Assembly: GCF_003010495.1 (NCBI RefSeq)
Contig: NZ_CP027570.1
Span: forward strand, 1,830,001-1,862,000
Direction of reading: 5' to 3'
Length of the DNA stretch: 32,000 nucleotides
Source: Megasphaera elsdenii DSM 20460
Lineage (GTDB): Bacteria > Bacillota > Negativicutes > Veillonellales > Megasphaeraceae
Position 1 is the first letter of the stretch. Every line of letters begins with the position of its first letter. Under the pieces are notes generated by a model. The model was not told the origin of the DNA and ran no database searches. It saw nothing but the letters and a program-made list of their open reading frames with translations. The translations under genes and the position numbers were made by a program. Shown here piece by piece: positions 17,175 through 25,338 of this stretch.

Positions 17175-18446
17175 ATGTTTATAGACAGAGCAAGAATTTT
17201 TGTACAGTCCGGCAAGGGCGGCGACGGCATGAGCAGCTTCCGTCACGAAAAGTTCGTCCCCAAGGGTGGACCGAATGGCGGTGACGGCGGTCAGGGCGGC
17301 AACGTCGTCCTCGTCGCCGACCGCAACGTCAATACCCTCGTCGACTTCCGCTTCCGCCGCCTGTTCAAGGCCAAACCCGGCGGCAAGGGCGAAGGCAGCA
17401 ACAAGTACGGCCGCAACGCCGAAGATTTAGTCATCACCGTCCCCTTGGGGACCATCGTCAAGGACGAAGAAACGGGTCAGGTCATGGCCGACTTATCCCG
17501 TGACGGCCAGCGGGCCATCGTCGCCAAAGGCGGCCGCGGCGGCCGCGGCAACTGGCATTTCCGCACCAGTGCCAACCGGACGCCGACCTTTGCCGAACGG
17601 GGGGAACCGGGGGAAGAACGGTGGCTGCGCCTGGAATTGAAAGTCCTGGCTGACGTCGGTCTCCTGGGCTATCCCAGCGTCGGCAAGTCGAGCATCCTGC
17701 GCAAGGTGTCGGCAGCTCAGCCGGAAGTGGCTGCGTACCATTTCACGACGCTCAACCCTATTCTGGGTGTCGTCAACCTGCCGGATCACCGCAGCTTCGT
17801 CATGGCCGATATTCCCGGCCTCATCGACGGCGCCAGTGAAGGCGTCGGCCTGGGCCACGATTTCCTGCGCCACATCGAACGGACGAAGATCCTCATCCAC
17901 GTCATCGACGTATCGGGCATCGAAGGCCGCGACCCCATCGAAGACTATGAAAAAATCAACGCGGAACTGGCGAAATACAGTGAAAAACTGTCGCGCAAGC
18001 AGCAAATCGTAGCGGCCAATAAAATCGACCTCCTCGGCGATTCGGACAACCTGGAACGGCTCATGGACTACATGGCCGCCCACGGCGTCGAAGTCTATCC
18101 CATCTGCGCCATGACTGGCGAAGGCATGGACAAGCTCTTGGAACGGGTTTGGACGATGCTGGAAGAATACGTGGAAGAACCGGACGAAACGACGGAAGAA
18201 GTCGTCTATAAAGCCCAGAACAAGCCGGACTTTGAAGTCAAGCGCGACGACGACGGCGCCTTCGTTATCACCGGCGCCCGCATCGAAAACCTCGTCGCCA
18301 TGACCAACTTCGATGACGACCAGTCCCTGCGCCGTTTCCAGCGCATCTGGCGCTACATGGAACTGGACAAGCTCCTCCAGGAACACGGCATCCAGGACGG
18401 CAACACCGTCCGCATCTATTCCATGGAATTTGAATACCACAAATGA
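17175..18446 (+). CDS. obg: GTPase Obg/CgtA
   Basis: Gly-rich Obg fold (GKGGDGMSSFRHEKFVPKGGPNGGDGGQGGNV), G motifs GYPSVGKSS, DIPGLI and NKID, plus a C-terminal OCT domain. Confidence 0.97.
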   Translation: MFIDRARIFVQSGKGGDGMSSFRHEKFVPKGGPNGGDGGQGGNVVLVADRNVNTLVDFRFRRLFKAKPGGKGEGSNKYGRNAEDLVITVPLGTIVKDEETGQVMADLSRDGQRAIVAKGGRGGRGNWHFRTSANRTPTFAERGEPGEERWLRLELKVLADVGLLGYPSVGKSSILRKVSAAQPEVAAYHFTTLNPILGVVNLPDHRSFVMADIPGLIDGASEGVGLGHDFLRHIERTKILIHVIDVSGIEGRDPIEDYEKINAELAKYSEKLSRKQQIVAANKIDLLGDSDNLERLMDYMAAHGVEVYPICAMTGEGMDKLLERVWTMLEEYVEEPDETTEEVVYKAQNKPDFEVKRDDDGAFVITGARIENLVAMTNFDDDQSLRRFQRIWRYMELDKLLQEHGIQDGNTVRIYSMEFEYHK

Positions 18447-18457
18447 CGCAGGCCGCC

Positions 18458-18484
18458 AATGGCTCCCCTGATAGGGGAGCCATT
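18458..18484. repeat. Family-2 first hairpin only (perfect 11-bp stem)
   Basis: AATGGCTCCCC-TGATA-GGGGAGCCATT. Same core as 3517-3536. Confidence 0.75.
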
Positions 18485-18633
18485 GTAGGGGCTCGCACGT
18501 GGCGAGCCCGCCTGAGTCCGGCGGTAACGCACCAGGCCTCCGTAGGGGCTCGCATGTGGCGAGCCCGCAGAGTCCGGCGGTAACGCCCCCGGCACCCCGT
18601 AGGGGCCGCCCAAAGGGCGGCCCGCCTGAATCC
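18485..18633 (+). repeat. Three head-to-tail REP-like elements phased at exactly 57 bp
   Basis: GTAG at 18485, 18542 and 18599. Copies 1 and 2 use stem GGGCTCGC/GCGAGCCC and share the linker GAGTCCGGCGGTAACGC. Copy 3 uses GGGCCGCCC/GGGCGGCCC and ends CTGAATCC. Confidence 0.85.
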
Positions 18634-18671
18634 TACTTGTTTTACATAATAATGAACCTAAGGAGATCCAT

Positions 18672-18965
18672 ATGAACAATAAAGATAAGAAGCAACTCAA
18701 GGGCATGGCCAGCCTCATGCCGGCTGTCGTCCAGATCGGCAAGGACGGCCTCAGCGATGCTGTCATCGACAGCGCCCGGGCTGCCATTACGGCGCGGGAA
18801 CTGATCAAGGCCCACGTCCTCAACAACGCCAATCTGCCGACGAAGGAAACCATGGAAGATTTGGCCGACATGCTCGGCGCCGAACTCATCCAGGTCATCG
18901 GCCACTACGGCGTCTTATTCAAGAAGAAAGACAAGAAATCTCATTTCGAATTTATTAAAGATTAG
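18672..18965 (+). CDS. yhbY: YhbY/YqeI-family CRM-domain RNA-binding protein (ribosome assembly)
   Basis: 97 aa. Matches the YhbY pattern: KKQLKGMASLMPAVVQIGKDGLSDAVIDSARAAITARELIK...LIQVIGHYGVLFK. AAGGAG SD. Confidence 0.85.
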   Translation: MNNKDKKQLKGMASLMPAVVQIGKDGLSDAVIDSARAAITARELIKAHVLNNANLPTKETMEDLADMLGAELIQVIGHYGVLFKKKDKKSHFEFIKD

Positions 18966-18978
18966 GACGTGAGGCTTT

Positions 18979-20109
18979 GTGAACAGTACAAGCAGGGACT
19001 TCGGCCAGAAGAAACGCATCGTCGTCAAGGTCGGGTCCAGCACCATTTCCCATGCGACGGGGAAACTGAACTACCAGCGCATGGAACACCTGGTCCGGGA
19101 ACTGGCGGACCTCCAGAACCAGGGCAAGCAGATGATCCTCGTCAGCTCCGGCGCCACCAACGCCGGCCTGGCACCCCTCCATATGGACCACCGGCCCCGG
19201 TCGATCCGGGAAAAGCAGGCCCTCGCCGCCGTCGGCCAGGGCGTCCTCATGCATACGTATGAACGGTTTTTCCGCGAATACGGCCAGGTCGTCGGCCAGG
19301 TCCTCCTGACCCGCATGGATTCCCAGGACCGGAGCAAATTCATGAACTCCCGCAACGCCTTGCTGACCCTGCTCGACATGGGCGTCATTCCCATCATCAA
19401 TGAAAATGACGTCGTCGCCGTCGACGAATACAAAATCGGCGACAACGACACCTTGTCGGCCATGGTCAGCGGCCTCGTCGATGCGGACCTGCTCATCCTC
19501 TTATCCGATATTGACGGTCTCTATACGGACAACCCGCGGACCCATGCCGATGCCAAGATCATCCCCGTCGTCGACAACATCGACAAGCACATCTATGAAA
19601 TCGCCGGCGACGCCGGCTCCAGCATGGGCACCGGCGGCATGTACACGAAAATCCAGGCGGCCTCCATTGCTACCGCCGCCGACGTGGACATGGTCATCGC
19701 TTCGGGCAGTGAAGACGGCATCATCAGCCGCATCTGCGCCGGTGAGGAAGTGGGGACGCTGTTCAAAGCCAAGGAAACGCCGCTACATTCGAAGAAACGC
19801 TGGCTCGTATCGGGCAGCAAGGCCCAGGGCCGGCTCATCGTCGACGAAGGCTGCCGCAACGCCATCATCGACCGCGGTTCCAGCCTCCTGCCCGTCGGCA
19901 TCACCGCCGTCGAAGGTATCTTTGACGAAGGGGACATCGTCAGCGTCGTCTACGACGGCCTGACCATTGCCAAGGGCATCAGCAACTACAGCAGCGTCAA
20001 CATCAATGCCATCAAGGGCCTGCAGTCCGCCGACATTCCCAAGGTCCTCGGCCACAATGGCATTTATGAGGAAGTCATTCATCGCGACAATCTCGTCGCC
20101 ATGTATTAG
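18979..20109 (+). CDS. proB: Glutamate 5-kinase with C-terminal PUA domain
   Basis: IVVKVGSSTI...ILVSSGA...INENDVV...GDNDTLSA...GTGGMYTKI, plus a PUA domain. Confidence 0.95.
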   Translation: MNSTSRDFGQKKRIVVKVGSSTISHATGKLNYQRMEHLVRELADLQNQGKQMILVSSGATNAGLAPLHMDHRPRSIREKQALAAVGQGVLMHTYERFFREYGQVVGQVLLTRMDSQDRSKFMNSRNALLTLLDMGVIPIINENDVVAVDEYKIGDNDTLSAMVSGLVDADLLILLSDIDGLYTDNPRTHADAKIIPVVDNIDKHIYEIAGDAGSSMGTGGMYTKIQAASIATAADVDMVIASGSEDGIISRICAGEEVGTLFKAKETPLHSKKRWLVSGSKAQGRLIVDEGCRNAIIDRGSSLLPVGITAVEGIFDEGDIVSVVYDGLTIAKGISNYSSVNINAIKGLQSADIPKVLGHNGIYEEVIHRDNLVAMY

Positions 20110-20124
20110 AAGGGGGTATTTTCC

Positions 20125-21369
20125 ATGATATCCGAAGTATTCCGTAAAGGCCGCGATGCCAAAGAAGCCTCGTATGCCCTGGCTGCGACATCGACGGCAG
20201 CAAAGAATCAGGCCCTGGCGGCCATTGCCGACGGCCTGGTCGCCCATGAAGACGATATCCTGGCGGCCAACGCCGTCGACTTGAAGCGGGCCCGGGAAAA
20301 GGGCATGGCCGAAGCCATGGTCGACCGCCTGACTTTGACCAAGGACCGCATCGCCGCCATGGCCGAAGGCGTCCGCCAGGTCATCGACCTGCCTGACCCG
20401 GCCGGCGTCGTCCTCGACGAATGGGACCGCCCGAACGGCCTGCACATCCGCAAGGTCAGCGTGCCCTTAGGGGTCATCGCCATCATTTATGAATCGCGGC
20501 CCAACGTCACCGTCGACGCAGCCGTCCTCTGCGTCAAAGCCGGCAACGCCTGCGTCCTCCGCGGCGGCAGCGAAGCCATCGCGTCCAATACGGCCCTGGC
20601 TAACGTCATCCGCGAAGGCCTGGCCAAAGCCGGTCTCCCGGCCGATGCCGTGAACCTCATCGAAAATACGGACCGGGCTTTGGTCAAGGAACTGCTGACC
20701 TTGCGCCGGTACATCGACCTGGCCATTCCCCGCGGCGGTGCCGGCCTGATCCGCATGGTCGTCGATACGGCGACAGTACCCTGCATCGAAACGGGCAGCG
20801 GCGTCTGCCACGTCTACGTCGATAAAGACGCCGACCTGGACATGGCCGTCCACATCGTCGAAAACGCCAAAGTTTCGCGGCCGTCGACGTGCAACGCCAT
20901 GGAAACGCTCCTGGTCCACCGCGATGTGGCCGATGCCTTCCTCAAGAAGCTGGCACCGGTCATGGAAGCGGACCGCGTCGAACTGCGCGGTGACGACGAA
21001 GCCTGCCAGTCGAGTGCCATGAAGGCGGCCAGCGAGGAAGACTGGGCGACGGAATACAATGCCCTCATCATGTCGGTCAAGGTCGTCGGCTCCCTCCAGG
21101 AAGCACTGGACCACATCCGCCGCTTCAGTACCCATCATTCCGAAGCCATCATTACGGAAAATAAGGCGACAGCTGCCGCTTTCCAGGCGGCTGTCGATTC
21201 GGCGGCCGTCTATGTCAATGCGTCGACGCGCTTCACCGATGGCTTTGAATTTGGTTTTGGCGCCGAAATCGGTATCAGTACGCAGAAGCTGCACGTCCGC
21301 GGCCCTATGGGGCTGGAAGCACTCGTGTCCTATAAATACCTCGTCGACGGCAACGGTCAGATCCGGTGA
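20125..21369 (+). CDS. proA: Glutamate-5-semialdehyde dehydrogenase
   Basis: 414 aa aldehyde-dehydrogenase fold: IYESRPNVT, NAKVSRPSTCNAMETLLVH, HHSEAI, VNASTRFTDG. Confidence 0.95.
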   Translation: MISEVFRKGRDAKEASYALAATSTAAKNQALAAIADGLVAHEDDILAANAVDLKRAREKGMAEAMVDRLTLTKDRIAAMAEGVRQVIDLPDPAGVVLDEWDRPNGLHIRKVSVPLGVIAIIYESRPNVTVDAAVLCVKAGNACVLRGGSEAIASNTALANVIREGLAKAGLPADAVNLIENTDRALVKELLTLRRYIDLAIPRGGAGLIRMVVDTATVPCIETGSGVCHVYVDKDADLDMAVHIVENAKVSRPSTCNAMETLLVHRDVADAFLKKLAPVMEADRVELRGDDEACQSSAMKAASEEDWATEYNALIMSVKVVGSLQEALDHIRRFSTHHSEAIITENKATAAAFQAAVDSAAVYVNASTRFTDGFEFGFGAEIGISTQKLHVRGPMGLEALVSYKYLVDGNGQIR

Positions 21370-21516
21370 GGCTGGCCCGGCTGCGCGGGTATGGACGGAC
21401 CCTGCGCCAGTATGCGGCGTCGCCGAAGACTCAGTTTGAATACCGGCATTATGCCAAATTTTTATTGCTTTATGCGTTAGCAGTAGCTATCGCCTGGGGA
21501 GGAATTTATTGGTACC

Positions 21517-22158
21517 ATGGAAATCACTAGGCTCGGCATCATGGGGGGGACCTTCAATCCCATCCATCTAGGCCATCTCATGATTGCCGAAGAAGCGCGC
21601 CAGACCTTTCACCTGGACAAGGTACTCTTTGTGCCGTCATATATCACGCCCAACAAGAACGTCAACGGGGCGACGGCCGAGCAGCGCCTGACCATGACGC
21701 GCCTGGCTACGGCTGACAATCCTCGTTTTACAGTCAGTGACATGGAGATGCGCCGCAAGGGCAACTCCTATACGGTCGATACGCTGCGCTTCCTGAAGAA
21801 GCTCTACGGACCGTCGTATATCTTGTATTTTATATCCGGGACAGATACGATCCACGACCTGCACAACTGGAAAGAACCGGAAGAAATCCTGAAGTTGTGC
21901 CAGTTCGTCGGAGCGACCCGGCCGGACGGCTCGGAACAGATCGACTCCATCATCGCCTCGTTCGGGGAGTTGGGGAAACATATCCTCAAGCTGCCTGTGC
22001 CGACCATGGAAATTTCGTCGACGGAACTGCGCCGCCGCATCCGCCTGGGCCTGTCTGTCCGCTATATGATACCGCCGGCTGTGGCCGAATACATCAGAAA
22101 AAATGGAGTATATCAATGTACAACGAAGAATTCAAAGATAGAATCAAAGCGGATTTAA
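21517..22158 (+). CDS. nadD: Nicotinate-nucleotide adenylyltransferase
   Basis: GIMGGTFNPIHLGHL and ISSTELRRR motifs. The 3' end overlaps yqeK by 43 nt. Confidence 0.93.
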   Translation: MEITRLGIMGGTFNPIHLGHLMIAEEARQTFHLDKVLFVPSYITPNKNVNGATAEQRLTMTRLATADNPRFTVSDMEMRRKGNSYTVDTLRFLKKLYGPSYILYFISGTDTIHDLHNWKEPEEILKLCQFVGATRPDGSEQIDSIIASFGELGKHILKLPVPTMEISSTELRRRIRLGLSVRYMIPPAVAEYIRKNGVYQCTTKNSKIESKRI

Positions 22159-22712
22159 AGGAATCTCTGTCTTCTCATCGCTATACCCATGTACTGGGTG
22201 TAGCAGCAGCGGCCCGCGAATTGGCAGACCGCTACGGCTGCGATGCCGATACGGCTGAAGTGGCCGGCCTTTTGCACGATGCTGCCAAACAGCTGCCCCT
22301 GCCGGACATGCAGGCCCTGGCGGAAAAATCCTTTCCCGTCCTGCCGGCACCCATCCTGGCTAACGGCGGCCTGCTCCACGGCTACGCTGCCGTGACTATC
22401 GCCAGGGAACGCTATGGCATCACCGATCAGGCCCTCTTAGGGGCCATCGCTCATCATACGACCGGGGCGGAACAGATGAGCACGCTGGAAAAAATCATCT
22501 TCCTCGCCGATTACATCGAAGTGAACCGCGACTTCGACGGCGTCGACGATTTGCGAAAAGCCGCCCGGCGCAACCTCGATGAAGCCGTCCTCTTAGGCTA
22601 TGATTCGACGATCCGCCATCTCCTCGACCAGGGCAAACCTATTTTCGTCGGCACCGTCGTCAATCGCAATGCACAAATCGACGTCGTCCGTGCCGCAGAT
22701 CGGAAGGCCTGA
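22116..22712 (+). CDS. yqeK: HD-domain bis(5'-nucleosyl)-tetraphosphatase YqeK
   Basis: Starts MYNEEFKDRIK with GGAG 7 nt upstream. Motifs RYTHVLGV...LLHDAAK...HHT are present. The longer track ORF (from 21897) is an out-of-frame read-through of nadD. Confidence 0.9.
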   Translation: MYNEEFKDRIKADLKESLSSHRYTHVLGVAAAARELADRYGCDADTAEVAGLLHDAAKQLPLPDMQALAEKSFPVLPAPILANGGLLHGYAAVTIARERYGITDQALLGAIAHHTTGAEQMSTLEKIIFLADYIEVNRDFDGVDDLRKAARRNLDEAVLLGYDSTIRHLLDQGKPIFVGTVVNRNAQIDVVRAADRKA

Positions 22713-22714
22713 GG

Positions 22715-23683
22715 ATGACACAGGAAAAACGAAGGAAGATTTTATACCGCATTTTGACCGTCGTCGCCGCCGTCGCCGTCTTCCTGGCCGGCCGGTCTTT
22801 GTACCTGCATTACCAGTCCATCAAAGAGGCGCCGATCCAGCAGGACGCGCCCGATACCAGCCAGACCCAGAGCGACAGCTCCGTCTTTGCCCAGACCAGT
22901 CCGGACAAGCCGCTTTACGTCCTCCTCCTCGGGACCGATGGCGGTCATCCGCAGCAGGCGAATTTCGTCGGTGTCGCGGCCATCAACAAGGCCAAGAAGC
23001 ACATCGACATCATCATGCTGCCAGATGATACGAAAATCGAAGGGCGCAAGGAAAAGGGTATCCAGGAATTGCAGGATGTCTATAGCGAAGGCGGCATGAG
23101 CCTGGTCCGGGCCGTCGTCGAAGATATTTTCCACATCCCCATCCCCTATTATGCGACCTTTACGGCCGATTCCTTCTCGAAGATGGTCGATATGAGTGGC
23201 GGCGTGCCGATTTACGTCGAAAAGAACATGTACCACGGCGATGAAGAAACGGGGAAGACCGACATCAACCTCTTCCAGGGTTATCAGACCCTGACCGGGA
23301 AGGAAGCTGCCGGCTATATGCGCTACGTCGATGGCGACGGCTATCTGTCGCGGACGCAGCGCCAGGAACGGTTCATCAAGAATTTCTATGAAGACCGGCA
23401 GGACTGCTTCGGCGTGACCAATGCCTTCTTCCTGTACCGGGCATGGCACGACGTCGATTCCAATATTTCCGCCAAGGATATGGCCCAGCTGGCCTTTGAT
23501 TTCCGCGGCGTCACGGCCGATAACATCGACTTCTATATCCTGCCCGGCGAAATGGCCATGAGCGGCAAGAACGGCGATACGAAATATTACTGGACCTACG
23601 ACCCGGTCGAAGTCCAGAAGGTCATCGGCCGCACGAACAATGCCATTTCGACAGCACCGGAACCGGATGATACGAAAAAATAA
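22715..23683 (+). CDS. LytR-CpsA-Psr (LCP) family protein, membrane-anchored
   Basis: N-terminal TM, then LLLGTDGG...IIMLPDDT...GGMSLVRAVVEDIFHIPIPYYATFTADSFSKMVDMSGGVPIYV...LTGKEAAGYMRY...RTQRQERF, colinear with the LCP domain. Confidence 0.75.
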   Translation: MTQEKRRKILYRILTVVAAVAVFLAGRSLYLHYQSIKEAPIQQDAPDTSQTQSDSSVFAQTSPDKPLYVLLLGTDGGHPQQANFVGVAAINKAKKHIDIIMLPDDTKIEGRKEKGIQELQDVYSEGGMSLVRAVVEDIFHIPIPYYATFTADSFSKMVDMSGGVPIYVEKNMYHGDEETGKTDINLFQGYQTLTGKEAAGYMRYVDGDGYLSRTQRQERFIKNFYEDRQDCFGVTNAFFLYRAWHDVDSNISAKDMAQLAFDFRGVTADNIDFYILPGEMAMSGKNGDTKYYWTYDPVEVQKVIGRTNNAISTAPEPDDTKK

Positions 23684-23713
23684 TAATTACGTCATAAAGG
23701 AGTTACTACATAC

Positions 23714-24097
23714 ATGCCAATTACCATGAAAGCAGCGAAAGCTGAACAACCGAAAGAACTGAAGAGCTATGAAATTGCCTGCAAGGCCGCTGACGACAAG
23801 AAAGCCTGGGACATCGTCACCCTCGATATGAGCGATTCGTCCCTCATGGCGGACTACTTCGTCATCTGCAGTGCCCGCAATAACCGGCAGTCCCAGAGTA
23901 TTGCCGACAACATCGAAGAACAGATGGAAAAGAACGGCTATGATGTCCGTCACGTCGAAGGCTACCGCGAAGGCAAGTGGATCCTCATCGATGCCGGCGA
24001 AGTCATTGCCCACGTCTTTGTCGAACAGGACCGCCAGTACTATGATCTGGAAAACTTGTGGTGCGACGCACCGCGCATTGCCTACGAAGGTGAATAA
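23714..24097 (+). CDS. rsfS: Ribosome silencing factor RsfS
   Basis: AADDKKAWDIVTLDMSDSSLMADYFVICS...HVFVEQDRQYYDLENLW. AAGGAG SD. Confidence 0.93.
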   Translation: MPITMKAAKAEQPKELKSYEIACKAADDKKAWDIVTLDMSDSSLMADYFVICSARNNRQSQSIADNIEEQMEKNGYDVRHVEGYREGKWILIDAGEVIAHVFVEQDRQYYDLENLWCDAPRIAYEGE

Positions 24098-24098
24098 G

Positions 24099-24953
24099 AT
24101 GACGACACTTCAGGAAAACAGTATTGCGACGCTGGAAGTCCTGCGCCAGAGCGACATGGGCGTCTTTTTGAACGGCGGTACGGGCAATACGAACGACGAT
24201 ATTTTACTCCATAAGAACCAGCAGACGGGCGACGTCAACGTCGGCGATAAGGTGACGGTCTTCTTGTACCATGACCCGTCAGGCCGCCTGACGGCTTCCA
24301 TGCGCCTTCCTAAAATTAAAGTCGGCCAGATTGGCTATGCGCCGGTCATCAATACGACGCGCTTCGGTGCCTTCGTCGATGTCGGTACGGAACGGGGCAT
24401 CTTCATGCCCTTTGCCGAAATGAAAGGCCGGCCGAAAGAAGGGGAATACGTCTGGGTAAAGCTCTATGAAGACAAATCCCATCGCCTGGCCGTCTCCATG
24501 GAAGTGGAAGACGAAATGCGCCGGGCGTCGCGGGCAGCGACGGATGCTAAAATCGGCGACTGGGTCGAAGGGGCGGTCTACAATATGACCGACCAGGGGG
24601 CTTACCTCATGACCCGCGAACGGTGGATCGCCTTCCTGCACCGCAGTGAGTTCAACGGGCCGATCCTCATCGGCCAGATGATCAAAGGCCGCATCACTTA
24701 CCTGCGCGAAGACGGCCGCATTAACATCTCCCTGCGCCAGACCAAGGAAAATGCCATCAATCCTGATGCCGAACGCATCCTGGACTTCCTCAAGCAGCGC
24801 AAGGGCAAGATGCCTTATGGCGATAAGACGGCACCGGCCGTCATCAAAGCCAAATTCGGCCTGAGCAAAGCCGCCTTCAAGCGCGCCTTGGGCCACCTCA
24901 TGAAAGAGAAGAAAATCCACCAGGACCAGGGCTGGACCTATTTGGATATGTAG
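24099..24953 (+). CDS. cvfB: S1-domain RNA-binding protein, CvfB/YitL family
   Basis: The ATG lies one nt after the rsfS TAA. Repeated S1-like modules are present (GVFLNG...ILLHKN...GDKVTVFLYHD; GAFVDVGTERGIFMPFAEM). The track ORF start 23871 lies inside rsfS. Confidence 0.8.
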   Translation: MTTLQENSIATLEVLRQSDMGVFLNGGTGNTNDDILLHKNQQTGDVNVGDKVTVFLYHDPSGRLTASMRLPKIKVGQIGYAPVINTTRFGAFVDVGTERGIFMPFAEMKGRPKEGEYVWVKLYEDKSHRLAVSMEVEDEMRRASRAATDAKIGDWVEGAVYNMTDQGAYLMTRERWIAFLHRSEFNGPILIGQMIKGRITYLREDGRINISLRQTKENAINPDAERILDFLKQRKGKMPYGDKTAPAVIKAKFGLSKAAFKRALGHLMKEKKIHQDQGWTYLDM

Positions 24954-25029
24954 GGGCTCGCAGGCCGCAGCGACATGAATCATGTCGCCGTAGGGGCCGT
25001 CCCAAAGGGCGGCCCGTTGTGGGAATCCT
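24950..25029 (+). repeat. Composite repeat: half REP, GCGACAT hairpin, full REP
   Basis: GTAGGGGCTCGC | AGGCCGCAGCGACATGAATCATGTCGCC | GTAGGGGCCGTCCCAAAGGGCGGCCCG...GGAATCC. The reverse complement of 29204-29268 is nearly identical over about 60 nt. Confidence 0.8.
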
Positions 25030-25057
25030 GCAAGCTGATGCGATTGAGCGGTTCGTA

Positions 25058-25115
25058 TAAAAACGGGACCGTGCACGAAGACATATGTCATCATGCACGG
25101 TCCCGTTTTGATTTT
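25058..25115 (+). terminator. Rho-independent terminator after cvfB
   Basis: Perfect 13-bp stem ACGGGACCGTGCA / TGCACGGTCCCGT, 18-nt loop, then TTTTGATTTT. An A-run on the 5' side could let it work in both directions. Confidence 0.7.
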
Positions 25116-25196
25116 GTAGGGGCCTCTACGTGGCAAGCCCCTACGGATTTATTCTATTGGATTCAGGCGGGACGCCCTTTGGGACGTCCCCTACGG
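25116..25196. repeat. Two REP-like elements in opposite orientation (BIME-like pair)
   Basis: GTAGGGGCCTCTACGTGGCAAGCCCCTAC (25116-25144), and on the minus strand CCGTAGGGGACGTCCCAAAGGGCGTCCCGCCTGAATCC (25159-25196). Confidence 0.8.
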
Positions 25197-25199
25197 ATT

Positions 25200-25228
25200 G
25201 AACTTTTTCTGTTAGACAGAAAAAGTTC
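25200..25228. promoter_or_regulatory. Perfect 12-bp-arm palindrome upstream of the B6-operon promoter (candidate operator)
   Basis: GAACTTTTTCTG-TTAGA-CAGAAAAAGTTC. It is AT-rich with no T-tract on either side, so it is unlikely to be a terminator. Confidence 0.35.
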
Positions 25229-25280
25229 AATCTGTCCCATTTACAATGGGCTGAATATACCCTAAAATAGGGTACAGATT
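25229..25280 (+). promoter_or_regulatory. Candidate promoter of the ECF-S/pdxK/rSAM operon, embedded in nested palindromes
   Basis: TTTACA (25240-25245), 17-nt spacer, TAAAAT (25263-25268). The -35 lies inside CCCATT-TAC-AATGGG. The -10 lies inside TACCCTA-AAA-TAGGGTA. Both are enclosed by AATCTG...CAGATT. Confidence 0.5.
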
Positions 25281-25338
25281 AATCATAACCATACATTGGC
25301 CAATGTGTGAAACTTCTAATCCGTGAGGGGGATTTCAC

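Noticed and set aside
18485-18633. Possible CRISPR array, given regularly spaced palindromic repeats at 57-nt period.
   Set aside because: There are only three units, the inter-repeat 'spacers' are conserved between units, the repeat stems differ, the same element is scattered singly through the window, and no cas genes are present.
25229-25280. A three-way-junction RNA (P1 AATCTG/CAGATT with two internal hairpins), read as a purine-like riboswitch aptamer.
   Set aside because: The loops are only 3 nt, so no loop-loop kissing is possible, and the junctions are almost empty. The best -35 and -10 hexamers lie inside the two hairpins, so most of this segment is probably upstream of the TSS. DNA operators are more plausible. 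It is kept as a finding but not called a riboswitch.
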